DNA from: a bacterium HR30 | Lineage (GTDB): Bacteria > Desulfobacterota > Binatia > HRBIN30 | Reading direction: 5' to 3' | DNA: 62,729 bases | NCBI GenBank assembly: GCA_002898795.1 | Contig: BEIG01000004.1 | Span: 1 to 62,729 of the forward strand | Shown: piece after piece, positions 40,465-51,750 of the stretch | Position numbering within the stretch: the stretch's first letter is position 1 | How the letters are laid out: every line of letters starts with the position of its first letter | Notes under the pieces: model-generated | The model's database searches: none | Told to the model about the DNA's origin: nothing | What the model saw: the letters and a program-made list of their open reading frames with translations, nothing else | Program-made: the position numbers and the translations under genes

Positions 40465-42714
40465 ATGGGCGTTGGTATGGGCGGCCGGGTAAAAATGTAC
40501 GCGGGGCTAGCGGGGCAGGTAGGCTATGCCGCAGCGCTCGTGCTATTTCTGGCTTCGGCTGGTTGTTCTAAAGGTGGGGACGGTAGGCCTTCGCCCAACG
40601 TGGGGCGGCTGGCTTTACAAGCATCGTGGGAGCAGCGCGACGGGAGCTTTAGTTCGCGGCTCCCTCCGGCCGCAGTCACGGTCCGCATTGTGGTCACGGA
40701 TGCCGCCGGCACGTCCTGTTGCCTAGCCGTTCGTCCGAACGAGGTTCCCGTCGATCCAAGCACCGGTTCGAGAATTCTCGTGCTCGATGCGCTCGCGGAG
40801 GGAGAGGCCACGGTCCACGTAACAACCTTTGCCACTGCCGAAGCGCCAGCTCCCAGCGGTGGAGGCGACCTCGTGGCTTGTCGCACCGATCCGGTTGGAG
40901 TCGGGCACCCCTGCCGCCAAAACTTACCGGCAGCTCCCACGTACGACAGCGCGCCAGCCGTGGTGCCGGTCATTGCCGGCACGCGAAGCGGATCGGGATC
41001 CATTCAAATGTTGGCGCAGCCCTTTGTGCTGCCGCTGACGCCCCTCCCCGCAGCGGCGGTTATTGCTCCCGTTCCTGTGGAACTGCTCGTCGCCAGCGCA
41101 GTGCACCCAATCGATCGCGCAAGCTTGCAATCCGAGGTGACAATCGACGGGCAAACGACACCTCTTTTGCTCCAGTGGACGGCATGCGACGACGCGTCCG
41201 CGGAACCTTGCACTGCGGATCCGCCGCTCGGCGTCCGCGGCTATAAGGGCACCGGGGTCTGGCACACAAACGTTGCTGGCGCGGCGGGCTTGCGGATTCG
41301 TGGCCAAACTTCCGGCACAAGCCTTCGCAGTGTCGACTTCACCTTCGGATTCGGCGTCACCCCTGGTACACCCACGGTCACTTTCACCCCCACCCCCACA
41401 AATACGCCGACCACGACTCCTACCCCCACACCGACCTCCACACCTACTCGTACTCCAACGGCAACGGCCACTGCCACGCCTTCTTTCACGTCCACTCCTA
41501 CTCCAACGCCGACCCATACCGCCACTCGCACGTACACACCCACGTTCACTCCTACGGAAACGCCCACGCACACCCCCACGGCGACGAGCACGGCCACTCC
41601 GACCGACACGCCGTCGTCCACTCCCACGGCCACACCAACCCCGACATCCACTCACACCCCTACCGCCTCTCCCTCGCCTACCGATACGCCCACATTCACC
41701 CCAACGGAAACGCCCACACCCAGCCCTACCGCGACTTGGACTTCCACGGCCACGCCTACGCCCACGGAAACCCCCACTCCCACGCCAACCCCGACGGCAA
41801 CTCCAACCCTAACTCCGCCGCCACGTACGCTCGCCTACGTGGTGAACTTCAATGACGCATCTTTGGCGGTGATCGACACCGTAACGAACCGCCTGGTGGG
41901 CAGCATTCCCGCCGGCGACTACCCGTCCGCTATAGCCTTGAGCACCGACGCTCGTTGGGCGTACGTGGCAAACCAGTTTGCCAACCAGCTCTCGGTCATC
42001 GATCTCGATACGGGTCGTCGCAGTACTGTCGTTCCCGTGGGGACGCGCCCAGTGGCCGTGCAGGTTTCGCCGGACAACCAGTGGATCGCCGTGGTCAACC
42101 AACTCGGCAGTTCGGTCACGTTGATCGAGCGCGCCGCGCTTCGCACCCTGGCCACGGTTGGCGTGGGTTCGATGCCCACCAGCGTGAGCTTCGATCCGCG
42201 ATCGGAACGAGCTTTTGTGGCCGAGCAGCTTGACGACCGCATTCGAATCATCGCCGTTCCCGACGGGACGACACTGGGGTTCGTACCCGCTGGCTCGCGA
42301 CCTCAGGACGTCGTGGCCTCTCCCGACGGCTTGCGGCTTTATGTTGCCAGCGGTGGGGAGGATTCTTTGAGAGTTGTCGATCTCGATCGAGCGCAGTCGC
42401 TCGCGCGAGTGCCCGTTGGCAGGTCGCCCCAAGCCGTGGCCGTTACGCCCGACGGCACAGTGGCTTACGTGGTCTGTCGCGGTTCGAACGAGGTCGCAGT
42501 GGTGGACACGGCGGCGCTGACGCTCCGAGCGCGGATCCCCGTTGGGTCCGAACCAACAGCGGCAGCCATCCGGCCAGACGGTACGTTCGTTTACGTCACC
42601 AACTCCTTCACGAACAGCATCAGTGTGATCGACGTACCTCGTGACCTTCTAGCAAGCGCCATTTTCGGCGTCGGCGTGACGCCTGTGGACATCGCAATTG
42701 GAGTACGGCGGTGA
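40465..42714 (+). CDS. Putative lipoprotein with long Thr/Pro stalk and C-terminal YVTN-type beta-propeller
   Basis: Lipobox-like LASAGC; ~150 aa Thr/Pro tract; repeated AYV.N..S.ID..VG..P blades including YVTN; start could be 40477 or 40495. Confidence 0.82.
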   Translation: MGVGMGGRVKMYAGLAGQVGYAAALVLFLASAGCSKGGDGRPSPNVGRLALQASWEQRDGSFSSRLPPAAVTVRIVVTDAAGTSCCLAVRPNEVPVDPSTGSRILVLDALAEGEATVHVTTFATAEAPAPSGGGDLVACRTDPVGVGHPCRQNLPAAPTYDSAPAVVPVIAGTRSGSGSIQMLAQPFVLPLTPLPAAAVIAPVPVELLVASAVHPIDRASLQSEVTIDGQTTPLLLQWTACDDASAEPCTADPPLGVRGYKGTGVWHTNVAGAAGLRIRGQTSGTSLRSVDFTFGFGVTPGTPTVTFTPTPTNTPTTTPTPTPTSTPTRTPTATATATPSFTSTPTPTPTHTATRTYTPTFTPTETPTHTPTATSTATPTDTPSSTPTATPTPTSTHTPTASPSPTDTPTFTPTETPTPSPTATWTSTATPTPTETPTPTPTPTATPTLTPPPRTLAYVVNFNDASLAVIDTVTNRLVGSIPAGDYPSAIALSTDARWAYVANQFANQLSVIDLDTGRRSTVVPVGTRPVAVQVSPDNQWIAVVNQLGSSVTLIERAALRTLATVGVGSMPTSVSFDPRSERAFVAEQLDDRIRIIAVPDGTTLGFVPAGSRPQDVVASPDGLRLYVASGGEDSLRVVDLDRAQSLARVPVGRSPQAVAVTPDGTVAYVVCRGSNEVAVVDTAALTLRARIPVGSEPTAAAIRPDGTFVYVTNSFTNSISVIDVPRDLLASAIFGVGVTPVDIAIGVRR

Positions 42715-44258
42715 GAAGAGTAACGTGTTGGGTTGTCGTTGCGGTGGCGGTGGTGCTTTCGGCCCTGCCGTCAGAAAGCCGGGCGAGCGAGCGCTCCAAG
42801 CGCTTGTCCGCCAAGGGACTTGTGGAGCTTCACGGGGGTCGCGTAGAGCAGGCCCTGCAATTGTTCGACGAGGCGGTGCAGGCGGACCCCACGGATGCGT
42901 TGGCCTGGTACTACCGGGCGGTCACCCGCAATCGTGCCGGCAATCGTGACGGAGCTATTGCCGATTTGCGTAAAGCCTTGGAGCTCAACCCCAAGCTGTT
43001 CGATGCCGCGTTAGACCTGGGGGTCGCCTTGGTGGAAAAAGGCGACTTCCAGGATGCCCTTACGCCTCTGCAGCACGCACGCAACTCCTCGGAACTGGAA
43101 GCACAAGCCCTCCTCTACCTCGGAATCGCGCTCTTTCGCCTCGATCGAGGGCCAGAAGCACGATCGTACTTTTGGGCGGCGATGGAAAAGGACCCGCAGT
43201 TGGAAGCGGTTGCCCGGTACCACCTTGGCATCTTGGATTATCGACAAGGACGCTGGCGAAGTGCCCGGCGGGAATTTTTACAAGTCAAAGAGCTCAAACC
43301 CGGTAGCCCCGTTGCCGAGCAAGCTGAGCAGTTCCTCACCCGCCTCCGACAGATCGAACGTGAGCGCTGGTCGGCATTCGGAAGCCTCGGACTACAGTAC
43401 GACAGTAACGTCATCCTCGCTCCCTCGAGCGATTTCGGAGCGAGTTTCGCGAAAAGCGACGTGGGTGTCACACAGCAAGCCGACGGCCGCGCCACCTTTC
43501 AGCTCGGGGGTTCGTATCAAATCGCGCGCACGCGCAGTGCCCAACTTGCAGCGGGATACGAGTTTTATCAGAGCGTCCACGTCGAACTCCGACAATTCGA
43601 TCTCCAAGATCATCGCGGACAGGTTTTGTTTTCCGACCGTCGCGGTTGGGGCGAGTGGGGCGGAATCGGACGGTACGACTATTACTTGCTCGACACGGAC
43701 GACTTTTTACGGGAAGGGAGCCTTCTGCCGTTTGTGCGAATCCACGAGGGCGACCTCGGCTGGACGGAACTTTCCTTCCAACTACGCCGGCGCGATTTCC
43801 TCAAACCCGAGTTCCATATCCGCGACTCCACCAACTACGTTCCGGGGGTGGCCCAAGCGTTTTTCCTCAGAGGAGACCGACGGCGCTATCTCACCCTCTC
43901 GTACTTTTTCGAGGTTGAGGACACGAAGCCCGGCCGGGCTTCGCGCGCCTTTGCCTACACCGCGAATCAAGTTGGAGGTGGCCTCACGTGGGCCCTACCC
44001 TGGTCGGTAGAAGCCCAGTTCGACTACGCATTTCGCCATAAGGTCTACGAACCTGAGCCGAGTCAAAATCGCAAGGACCAGGAGCATCGCATCATTTTGC
44101 TTGCTCGTCGCCCGCTGACGGAGCATATTCTTCTCGCGGCCGGTTATTTTGGCCAGTTGAACTTCAGCAATTCCACCCAGCTTATTGGTTTGCGGCAAGA
44201 AAAGCTTTTCGAGTACGAGCGACACATCGGATCGATTACGATCGAGGCGAGGTATTGA
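42711..44258 (+). CDS. TPR-repeat plus outer-membrane beta-barrel protein (Slam/DUF560-like)
   Basis: Signal peptide; TPR-like helices; GLQYDSNV barrel start; alternating beta-strands; terminal aromatic residue (ITIEARY). Confidence 0.72.
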   Translation: MRRVTCWVVVAVAVVLSALPSESRASERSKRLSAKGLVELHGGRVEQALQLFDEAVQADPTDALAWYYRAVTRNRAGNRDGAIADLRKALELNPKLFDAALDLGVALVEKGDFQDALTPLQHARNSSELEAQALLYLGIALFRLDRGPEARSYFWAAMEKDPQLEAVARYHLGILDYRQGRWRSARREFLQVKELKPGSPVAEQAEQFLTRLRQIERERWSAFGSLGLQYDSNVILAPSSDFGASFAKSDVGVTQQADGRATFQLGGSYQIARTRSAQLAAGYEFYQSVHVELRQFDLQDHRGQVLFSDRRGWGEWGGIGRYDYYLLDTDDFLREGSLLPFVRIHEGDLGWTELSFQLRRRDFLKPEFHIRDSTNYVPGVAQAFFLRGDRRRYLTLSYFFEVEDTKPGRASRAFAYTANQVGGGLTWALPWSVEAQFDYAFRHKVYEPEPSQNRKDQEHRIILLARRPLTEHILLAAGYFGQLNFSNSTQLIGLRQEKLFEYERHIGSITIEARY

Positions 44259-44259
44259 C

Positions 44260-45126
44260 ATGTACCGACAACGGCTGATTGGAGCAGCGTTCATTGTGGC
44301 ATGGTTTTTCTGCCGGGCCACCTGGGCAAGCGTGATCGAAGTGGGCACCGTTGCCGCTCTTCAAGGCGAGGTGCGGATCGAGCGCGACGGCCAAATCCTT
44401 GCGCCTGAGATCGGGAGCCCGATCGCGCAAGGGGATGTTTTAGTCACCGGCGCTGACGGCAAATTGCGTGTGGTGTTCCAGGACGATAGCGTGCTGAGTT
44501 TAGCCGAGAACTCGCGGGTGGCGGTGGACGAGAACGTATTTGACGCCAACGCTGGTCAAGCACGGTCGCTCTTTGGCTTGCTGCGGGGGAAGGTGAACGC
44601 CGCCGTTAGCGAATACTACCGCCGGCGAGGCAACGCATACGAGATTCGCACGGAAACTGCCGTGGCGGGCGTGCGCGGAACCGAATTTACCGTGCGCTTT
44701 GATCCGGCGGCGCAACTGACCGAAGTGATTGGAATCGAAGGGACGGTGCAAGTCCACAGCTTGCGCGACCCTCAAGCACCTGCGGTGCTCGTGACCGCGC
44801 GGGAGGTGACACTGGTGGAAGAAAGCGGTCCGCCCTCGCGGCCGCGCCGCCTCGACGAGCCTTTGCTGCGGGAACGGATCGAGGGTTTCGATTTCATTAG
44901 TCGCGGCCGGCCGGAGGGTATGGTGCAAACCGCGGCACTCGCCTCCGGAGCAGCAGTGGCGCGCCTTAGCGGAGAGCATTTGGTCACGGCTGGAGTACCC
45001 CCAGGCACCGAGCCTTCCAAAGTCGCGAATGTGGGCACGGAAGGCGATGCCACAGGCAAGCTTGGTCAGCCGCCAGCGGCCATTCGCTTGACCGGCCAAC
45101 TGGGCTTGAACCTCGGGCAAGACTAA
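44260..45126 (+). CDS. Secreted FecR-domain protein
   Basis: Signal-peptide-like start; GD.LVTG.DG.L.V.F.D.S.L.L.ENS; TETAVAGVRGTEF; EGTV.V. Confidence 0.8.
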   Translation: MYRQRLIGAAFIVAWFFCRATWASVIEVGTVAALQGEVRIERDGQILAPEIGSPIAQGDVLVTGADGKLRVVFQDDSVLSLAENSRVAVDENVFDANAGQARSLFGLLRGKVNAAVSEYYRRRGNAYEIRTETAVAGVRGTEFTVRFDPAAQLTEVIGIEGTVQVHSLRDPQAPAVLVTAREVTLVEESGPPSRPRRLDEPLLRERIEGFDFISRGRPEGMVQTAALASGAAVARLSGEHLVTAGVPPGTEPSKVANVGTEGDATGKLGQPPAAIRLTGQLGLNLGQD

Positions 45127-45194
45127 ACCGAACGGGGACGGCCCCGGAATAACGACGGGCGTCGTCGCCGCGTCCATGGCGACCGCGTCCATAT

Positions 45195-45385
45195 GGTGGC
45201 GATGGGAACAACTGGCGCACACACCGTGGCTATGGGAACAATGGGCGCACACGTACAAACAATGGGCGCACACATAGGTGCGCCCCTACGATGGGTGGGG
45301 GCATGGGTAACACGATGGCAACGCCCGCGGTGGTGGGAACAATGGGCGCACACGTAGGTGCGCCCGTACGGGTGCGCCCGTACAA
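45195..45385 (-). repeat. REP cluster 6 (partial and full REPs)
   Basis: Repeated AACAATGGGCGCACAC; GGGCGCACACATAGGTGCGCCCCTAC. Confidence 0.8.
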
Positions 45386-45393
45386 TGGCGTGG

Positions 45394-46671
45394 TTACCGC
45401 GAGCCAGGCAAAGTGGGCAACGGCTGGCCGCGCATATCCCCGAGCAGAGCCACAGCCATCGCGTTCGGGTCGAACAGTCGCTCCGCCAAGGCGATAATTT
45501 CGTCGTTCGTTGTCGCCTCGATGCTGGCGACAAGCTCGCTGGGCGGCACGTTGCGCCCGAAGAAAATCTCGTTCTTTGCGATGCGGGTCATCCGGTTGTC
45601 GCTCGTTTCCATTCCCAACAACAAGTTACCCTTCAATTGGTTTTTCACCCGCCGCAATTCTTCTGGTTTCAGGCCCTCGTGCTTCAGCCGTTCGAGCTCG
45701 GCGAGAATGATATCCACGACTTCTCGGACCCACTCTGGGCTCGTGCCTACGTAAATGCCGAGGTAGCCGGCGTCGCTATACGAAGAGAGGAACGAATAAA
45801 CCGAGTAGGCGCGCCCTCGGCGTTCGCGAATTTCCTGGAACAACCGGGAGCTCATGCCACCGCCAAGGGCAGTGTTCAGCAAGTAGCCCGCGTAGCGCTC
45901 CTGGGCCGTTTGCGAGATCCCCGGAGTTCCCAAACAAAGATGCACCTGCTCCAACGGTTTTTCGACATAGTGAACCCCGCAAGTCGGGCGGGGCGGTGCC
46001 CCATCGAGGTTCACGGAATGCCCTCCCAAATGGCCGAAGTCACGCTCCACCCAATCCAAAATTTCTTCGTGGGAAACGTCACCTGCGGCAGCGACGATCA
46101 TCCCATCGGGTCGATATCGTGCTTCGACAAATGCCTGAAAATCCTCCTGCCGGAAGCGGCTAACGGTCTCCACCGTTCCACAAACAGGGAAGCTCAACGG
46201 ATGCCCGGGCCAGTAACGGAGGGCAAATAAGTCGTGTACGTAGTCATCCGGCGTGTCTTCCACTTGCAAGATTTCTTGCAGCACGACCGAGCGTTCCCGT
46301 TCGATCTCCTCCGGTGCGAACACCGAGTGCAGGAAAATATCGCTCAACAGGTCTTGCGCCAGCGGTAGGTGTTCCCGCAGCACCTTGGCGTAGTAACAGG
46401 TGTGCTCCTTGCCGGTAAACGCATTCAAAACCGCCCCGACAGAGTCGGCTTCCTCGGCAATCTGTGCTGCGGAGCGCCGCTCGGTCCCCTTGAAAAACAG
46501 GTGTTCCAAAAAGTGGGAGATCCCTGCCTGATCGGGCCGTTCGTGGCGCGACCCGTTTTCTACCCACAAACCAATGGTGACCGAAGGAACACCGGGGATC
46601 GATTCCGTGACAACCCGAATTCCATTGTCCAGTCGCGAGCGACGCACCATCGGTTCATGTTCCCGACCCAT
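45394..46671 (-). CDS. M16 family zinc peptidase
   Basis: HFLEH (inverted HxxEH), NAFTGKE, LGGGMSSRLFQEIRE; lies downstream of pnp. Confidence 0.92.
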   Translation of the reverse strand: MGREHEPMVRRSRLDNGIRVVTESIPGVPSVTIGLWVENGSRHERPDQAGISHFLEHLFFKGTERRSAAQIAEEADSVGAVLNAFTGKEHTCYYAKVLREHLPLAQDLLSDIFLHSVFAPEEIERERSVVLQEILQVEDTPDDYVHDLFALRYWPGHPLSFPVCGTVETVSRFRQEDFQAFVEARYRPDGMIVAAAGDVSHEEILDWVERDFGHLGGHSVNLDGAPPRPTCGVHYVEKPLEQVHLCLGTPGISQTAQERYAGYLLNTALGGGMSSRLFQEIRERRGRAYSVYSFLSSYSDAGYLGIYVGTSPEWVREVVDIILAELERLKHEGLKPEELRRVKNQLKGNLLLGMETSDNRMTRIAKNEIFFGRNVPPSELVASIEATTNDEIIALAERLFDPNAMAVALLGDMRGQPLPTLPGSR

Positions 46672-46688
46672 GGCTTTTCCCCCGATGG

Positions 46689-48833
46689 TCAGGAAGCCTC
46701 GCCCGAGCCCGAACGACCCTTCGCGCTCGGTCTGTCGGCCTTCGCTTCTTCTTCCCCTGCCTTCATGGCCTCGCGGCGGCTCAAGCGAATTTTGCCCGAC
46801 TTGTCGATCTCCAACACTTTCACCAGGATCTCCTCGCCCTCCTTGAGCACGTCGGAAACTTTGGCGACGCGCCCCGGGCCAATTTGGGAGATGTGCAACA
46901 AGCCGTCCACCCCGGGCAAAATTTCCACAAATGCGCCGAAGTCGACGATGCGCCGTACGATGCCTTTGTACACTCGCCCCACTTCGGGTTCGGCCGTGAT
47001 GCCTTGGATAATTTCGATCGCACGGTTCATTGCCTTGAGGTCGCTCGAGGCAATGATCACCGTGCCATCGTCCTCCACATCGATTTTCACGCCGGTTTCT
47101 TCGATGATGCCGCGGATGACCTTTCCACCCGGACCGATCACCTCGCGGATTTTCTCCGGCTTGATTTTCAGGGTGACGATACGCGGCGCATGCTGCGACA
47201 CTTCGGGTCGCGGTGCGGAAATGGCTTCCTTCATTTGTTCGAGAATTTTCAACCGACCACGCTGCGCCTGATACAATGCCGCCTGCATGATCTCCCGCGT
47301 GACTCGACCGACTTTGATGTCCATCTGCAAGGCCGTAATGCCGCGGGCGGTGCCCGCCACTTTGAAGTCCATATCCCCTAGATGATCCTCGTCGCCAAGG
47401 ATGTCCGACAAGATGCGAACTTCCCCGCCTTCGACGATCAGCCCCATGGCGATGCCAGCGACCGGAGCGGAAATGGGCACTCCCGCGTCCATCAACGCTA
47501 GCGTGGCCCCACAAACCGTGGCCATGGACGAGGAACCGTTCGACTCCAAAATCTCCGACACCACGCGAATCGTGTACGGGAAACTTTCTTCTGGCGGCAA
47601 AACCGCTTGAATTGCCCGCTCGGCCAATGCCCCATGACCAATCTCTCGTCGTCCGGGGCTACGCAAGAAGCGAACCTCTCCCACGCTAAACGGAGGGAAA
47701 TTGTAGTGCAGCATGAACTTCTTGAACTGCTCTCCGATGAGAGCATCGATCTTCTGCTCGTCGGAAGAGGTGCCCAGGGTCGTCGTCACCAGAGCCTGCG
47801 TCTCCCCACGGGTAAACAGTGCTGAGCCGTGAGCCCGCGGCAACAAGCCTACCTCACAAGTGATCGGGCGAATGTCTTCGAGCCCACGCCCGTCGACGCG
47901 GCGGCCTTCTTGCACGATGGCGGCGCGCATCACACGCGACTTCACTTCCTCGCTGAACGCCTTCAGTTCCGCAACGCGGTCAGGAAAACGCGCCGCCAGG
48001 ATTGCGATGCTCTCTTCCTCTGCCTGGCGAACGGCTTGTGCCCGCTCTTGCTTCGTGGGCACTTGAAAGGCCGCTTTCATGCGCGGCGTGGCTTCCTGTT
48101 CGAACAAGGCAAACAGCTCTCGGTCTACTTGTGGTGGCGCCACCGGCCGTTTTGGCTTGCCTACTGCACGCTGCAATTCGTCCTGCAGGTCGAGCAAGCC
48201 TTGAATTTCCCGTTGAGCCAAAAACAAGGCCTCGAGGATGACGTCCTCGGGTAACTCCTTTGCGCCGCCCTCCACCATCACGATGCCTTCTCGGCTGGCG
48301 GCCACGATCAAATTCAACTCGCTCCGGTCGAGTTCGCTCACGGTTGGATTGACCACGAACGCGCCGTCGATGCGGCCTAAGCGCACGCAGCCAATGGGCC
48401 CGAGGAAAGGTACGTCCGAAACTTGCAAAGCAGCCGAAGCTGCAGTGACGGCAAGCACATCCGGGTCGTTCTCCTTGTCGTGGGACAGCACGGTAGCGAT
48501 CACCTGCGTCTCGGAGCGAAACCCGTCCGGAAAAAGCGGGCGAATCGGTCGGTCGATCAGGCGCGAGGTTAGTGTTTCCTTTTCCGTCGGCCTCCCTTCC
48601 CGTTTGAAAAAGCCACCGGGAATCTTCCCGGCCGCGAACGTCCGTTCTTGGTAGTCACAGGTCAGCGGGAAGAAGTCCACCCCTTCACGGGTCTTCTTCT
48701 CGGCAACCACGGTGACGAGCACCATCGACTCGCCATAGCCAATGACCACTGCGCCGTCGGCCTGCTTGGCCATTCGCCCACTTTCCATCCACAGCGGGCG
48801 GCCGTGGTACACGGTTTCTACTTTCTTGTACAT
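46689..48833 (-). CDS. pnp: Polyribonucleotide nucleotidyltransferase
   Basis: DFFPLT, RLIDRPIRP, FTRGETQ, SNGSSSMA, DMDFKVAG, KH and S1 domains; GGAGG SD. Confidence 0.98.
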   Translation of the reverse strand: MYKKVETVYHGRPLWMESGRMAKQADGAVVIGYGESMVLVTVVAEKKTREGVDFFPLTCDYQERTFAAGKIPGGFFKREGRPTEKETLTSRLIDRPIRPLFPDGFRSETQVIATVLSHDKENDPDVLAVTAASAALQVSDVPFLGPIGCVRLGRIDGAFVVNPTVSELDRSELNLIVAASREGIVMVEGGAKELPEDVILEALFLAQREIQGLLDLQDELQRAVGKPKRPVAPPQVDRELFALFEQEATPRMKAAFQVPTKQERAQAVRQAEEESIAILAARFPDRVAELKAFSEEVKSRVMRAAIVQEGRRVDGRGLEDIRPITCEVGLLPRAHGSALFTRGETQALVTTTLGTSSDEQKIDALIGEQFKKFMLHYNFPPFSVGEVRFLRSPGRREIGHGALAERAIQAVLPPEESFPYTIRVVSEILESNGSSSMATVCGATLALMDAGVPISAPVAGIAMGLIVEGGEVRILSDILGDEDHLGDMDFKVAGTARGITALQMDIKVGRVTREIMQAALYQAQRGRLKILEQMKEAISAPRPEVSQHAPRIVTLKIKPEKIREVIGPGGKVIRGIIEETGVKIDVEDDGTVIIASSDLKAMNRAIEIIQGITAEPEVGRVYKGIVRRIVDFGAFVEILPGVDGLLHISQIGPGRVAKVSDVLKEGEEILVKVLEIDKSGKIRLSRREAMKAGEEEAKADRPSAKGRSGSGEAS

Positions 48834-48884
48834 GATGCTCAACCTCCCGGGCCTCGTTGCCCCATTTGCGGGAGGGAAAGACGC

Positions 48885-48915
48885 GCGGCTTGCGCCCTTG
48901 GCAGGCGCACGCCGC
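48885..48915 (-). terminator. Hairpin between rpsO and pnp (weak terminator or processing site)
   Basis: GCGGC/GCCGC plus TGCGCC/GGCGCA stem followed by a short U-run on the minus strand. Confidence 0.4.
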
Positions 48916-48921
48916 CGTTGG

Positions 48922-49191
48922 TCACTTTCGGAGTCCCAGCCGCTCGATCAAGCTCTTGTATCGATCGAAATCCTCACGCTTCAAATACTCGAGCAACCGC
49001 CGCCGCTGACCTACGAGCATCAGCAAACCGCGTCGCGAGTGATGATCCTTCTTGTGGATTTGCAAGTGTTGCGTGAGAGACTCGATGCGAGACGTGAGCA
49101 AAGCCACCTGGACTTCGGGCGACCCCGTGTCCTTCGGGTGGCGCTGGTACGATCCGATCAGCTCCTTCACCTTTTCGGGAGCCAGTCCCAT
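48922..49191 (-). CDS. rpsO: 30S ribosomal protein S15
   Basis: [25 protein letters not shown]; GGAGG SD. Confidence 0.98.
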   Translation of the reverse strand: MGLAPEKVKELIGSYQRHPKDTGSPEVQVALLTSRIESLTQHLQIHKKDHHSRRGLLMLVGQRRRLLEYLKREDFDRYKSLIERLGLRK

Positions 49192-49580
49192 CTTTCCTCC
49201 AACTTTAAATTCAGCCGCCGTGGTTAACACCGTGAACTATACGCCGCAAGGATTACGGGGTACACGCATCCTGTCCGCTTGACGCCGGCTTCCGCCTGAG
49301 TCCCGTTCCCAAGGCAGTCCTTCCCCTGCAGATTTGTTCGTCTCCGCCCCCGCGCGCCTGCGGCGTTAGGCGTCTTTCCCTTGTATCGGCCGCACTGCGA
49401 AACAATAGCCCAAAGGGGCGAGACCCAACTTCCGATGCCCAGCAACGTGCCGTTGTGCCCGCTTATCCTGGGGCAATCGCACTGGGCACAGTTCCGATCG
49501 AGGCGCTCCGCTCGATGTCGGCCAGCGTTGCCACCTTCCGATTGCTACCGGGTCGAGCTAACCGTGTTGCCTGGCTTGGC

Positions 49581-50600
49581 ATGGAAGATCGCGCGATCCA
49601 CGTCGTTCACGTCAGCCCGTGGCGCCTGCCTGTGAGCGGCTATGGCGGGTCCCAGCGGGTGCTGACTTGGCTGGTCCGCGCCCAAGTGGAACTGGGCATG
49701 CGTGTGACTGTCTTCGCTCCCCCGGGAACGAAGCTGCCCGGGGCACAGGTGGTCGAAGTCACCGAGCAACCAACTTCGCAAAACTTCTTCCGAACCATCG
49801 CCGAGCAGCTACCGCTCGACGCGCACCTGTTGCACTTCCAGCAGTTTCCGCGCCTCTCCGCCTTCCCGTTGCCGTGGGTGGTCACTGTCCACGGCAACTC
49901 ACCCGGCGAGCTTGCGCCCCATCCAAATAAAATTTTCCTGAGTCGCGACCACGCCGAGCGGAGCGGATCCCGTTTTTTCGTGTACAACGGGCTCGACCCG
50001 TCGGAGTACCTCTACCGCGAGCGCAAGGACGATTATTTCCTCTTCCTCGCCAAGGTCGGCCGCAAGAGCAAAGGAATCGATATCGCTCTGCGCCTCGCCC
50101 GCGAGCTTGGCTTCCGCCTGGTGGTGGCTGGCGGTACCCGCTGGGACTTGCGAAAAACTGGCGGATGGTGGACGAGTTTGCGGTGCCGCGCGGAGTTTTT
50201 GGGCGAGGTGGACGGCCGAGAAAAGGCAGAGCTTCTCGCCAATGCTCGGGCCTTGTTGTTCCCCATTCGTTGGCCAGAGCCCTTTGGCCTCGCCGTGATC
50301 GAAGCTCTGGTCAGCGGTACCCCCGTGATCACAGCACCACTAGGGGCCATGCCAGAAATCGTGACCCCGGAAGTTGGCTTTTTATGCGCGTCGCCCGAAG
50401 AGTTTCGCGATGCCATCCGCGGTGTGGGCGAACTTTCCTCGTACGCCTGCCGCCAAAGGGTGCTGGAGCACTTTACCCACCGGCACATGGCCCGCGGTTA
50501 CCTCGAGCAATATCAAAGAGTGCTGGCCGGGGAGGGTGACGCTAACGAAAAACGCCTTGAAGAAAATAAGCACAGCGGAAACCATGCAAACCAGCGCTAG
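49581..50600 (+). CDS. Glycosyltransferase family 4
   Basis: YGGSQR, VYNGLD, WPEPFGLAVIEAL.SGTPVI. Confidence 0.88.
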   Translation: MEDRAIHVVHVSPWRLPVSGYGGSQRVLTWLVRAQVELGMRVTVFAPPGTKLPGAQVVEVTEQPTSQNFFRTIAEQLPLDAHLLHFQQFPRLSAFPLPWVVTVHGNSPGELAPHPNKIFLSRDHAERSGSRFFVYNGLDPSEYLYRERKDDYFLFLAKVGRKSKGIDIALRLARELGFRLVVAGGTRWDLRKTGGWWTSLRCRAEFLGEVDGREKAELLANARALLFPIRWPEPFGLAVIEALVSGTPVITAPLGAMPEIVTPEVGFLCASPEEFRDAIRGVGELSSYACRQRVLEHFTHRHMARGYLEQYQRVLAGEGDANEKRLEENKHSGNHANQR

Positions 50601-50809
50601 ATCCGTGCGTGCCAGCAGTTGGCCATTTCGAAATTGCGTGATACGCCGGGCGCACCGGGGGTCTCGCTTCTTACAACCTCGCCACCCCCGGAATTTCGCC
50701 GAGGCTCCTCTGGTTCGATCCGCGCTGAGCCTGGGCCGCGCAATGTTAGGGAAACACTGCCGGGCTTGTTCCGTCCCCACTTGACCAAGCCCGAAGGTAG
50801 CTCTTCACC

Positions 50810-51730
50810 ATGCCGGCACCGGAAATTTCCGTAATTATCGCGACGCGCAACCGCGTACATTCCTTGAGGCGAGTCCTCGAAACCCTAGAGGGCGCTGAGC
50901 GTGAGGTGTCCTCCACTCTGGAGATGATCATTGCCGACAACGGCTCAACCGACGCGACACCCGCTCTGCTAGCGGAGTGGTGCCAACAGGCGCCGAAGCA
51001 CCGAAAAATGCTCCACGTGCCGGATGCTGGCAAGGCACGAGCTCTCAACGCCGCTTGTCGCATAGCCCGCGGCAGTATTCTGGCGTTTACCGATGACGAC
51101 GTGGAAGTGCCTACGAATTGGCTTCGTGCCGTGGCGGAGTTCGCCAACCGCTTTCCTTCGCACGCCGCAGCCACTGGCCCCGTGAAGCTTCCACCCCGGC
51201 AACGGAGCAGCGACATCACGGCGATGGTGGAATTCTACCGTACCATTCCCCTGTTTGACTTGGGTTCGCAACCACAACCCTCGAAACATCTTTACGGATG
51301 CAACATGGCTGTACGGAAGCCCGCTCTCGAAGCCGTGAGTGGGTTCGACCCCCGGCTGGGCCCTGGGGCAAGCGGGTTGCACGAGGACGGTGACTTAGCC
51401 CGGCGGCTGCGCGCCGCTGGTTTCGAGATCCTGTACTGGCCGGCAATGGAGATGTTCCACATCGTGGAGCCCGAGCGCCTAACATGGGAGTACTTTTGTC
51501 GTCTTCACCGTGCCGACGCCCGCAGCCGGTGGATTCGCGACGGTAACCTCGGCCTCGGGTACGCTCTCCGACACTGGCTCGGTGCCGCGGCGGTTTTGGG
51601 GCTTTGGACCGTGGTCGGCAATCGCTACCGGCGCATGCGGGCGCGTGGTCGTTTGCTGTCGCACACGGAGTACCTGCGGCTTTGTTGGGCTGCGCGCCGA
51701 TCGAAGGTGCCGTGCGGCAAAGACGTCTGA
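50810..51730 (+). CDS. Glycosyltransferase family 2
   Basis: SVIIATRNR, DNGSTD, FTDDD, GCNMAVR, ED.D. Confidence 0.88.
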   Translation: MPAPEISVIIATRNRVHSLRRVLETLEGAEREVSSTLEMIIADNGSTDATPALLAEWCQQAPKHRKMLHVPDAGKARALNAACRIARGSILAFTDDDVEVPTNWLRAVAEFANRFPSHAAATGPVKLPPRQRSSDITAMVEFYRTIPLFDLGSQPQPSKHLYGCNMAVRKPALEAVSGFDPRLGPGASGLHEDGDLARRLRAAGFEILYWPAMEMFHIVEPERLTWEYFCRLHRADARSRWIRDGNLGLGYALRHWLGAAAVLGLWTVVGNRYRRMRARGRLLSHTEYLRLCWAARRSKVPCGKDV

Positions 51731-51750
51731 CCAGACCTCGGCGGGGCAGT

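Noticed and set aside
46672-47514. N-terminal extension of the M16 peptidase ORF
   Set aside because: Out-of-frame overlap with pnp; the peptidase motifs begin after 46671.
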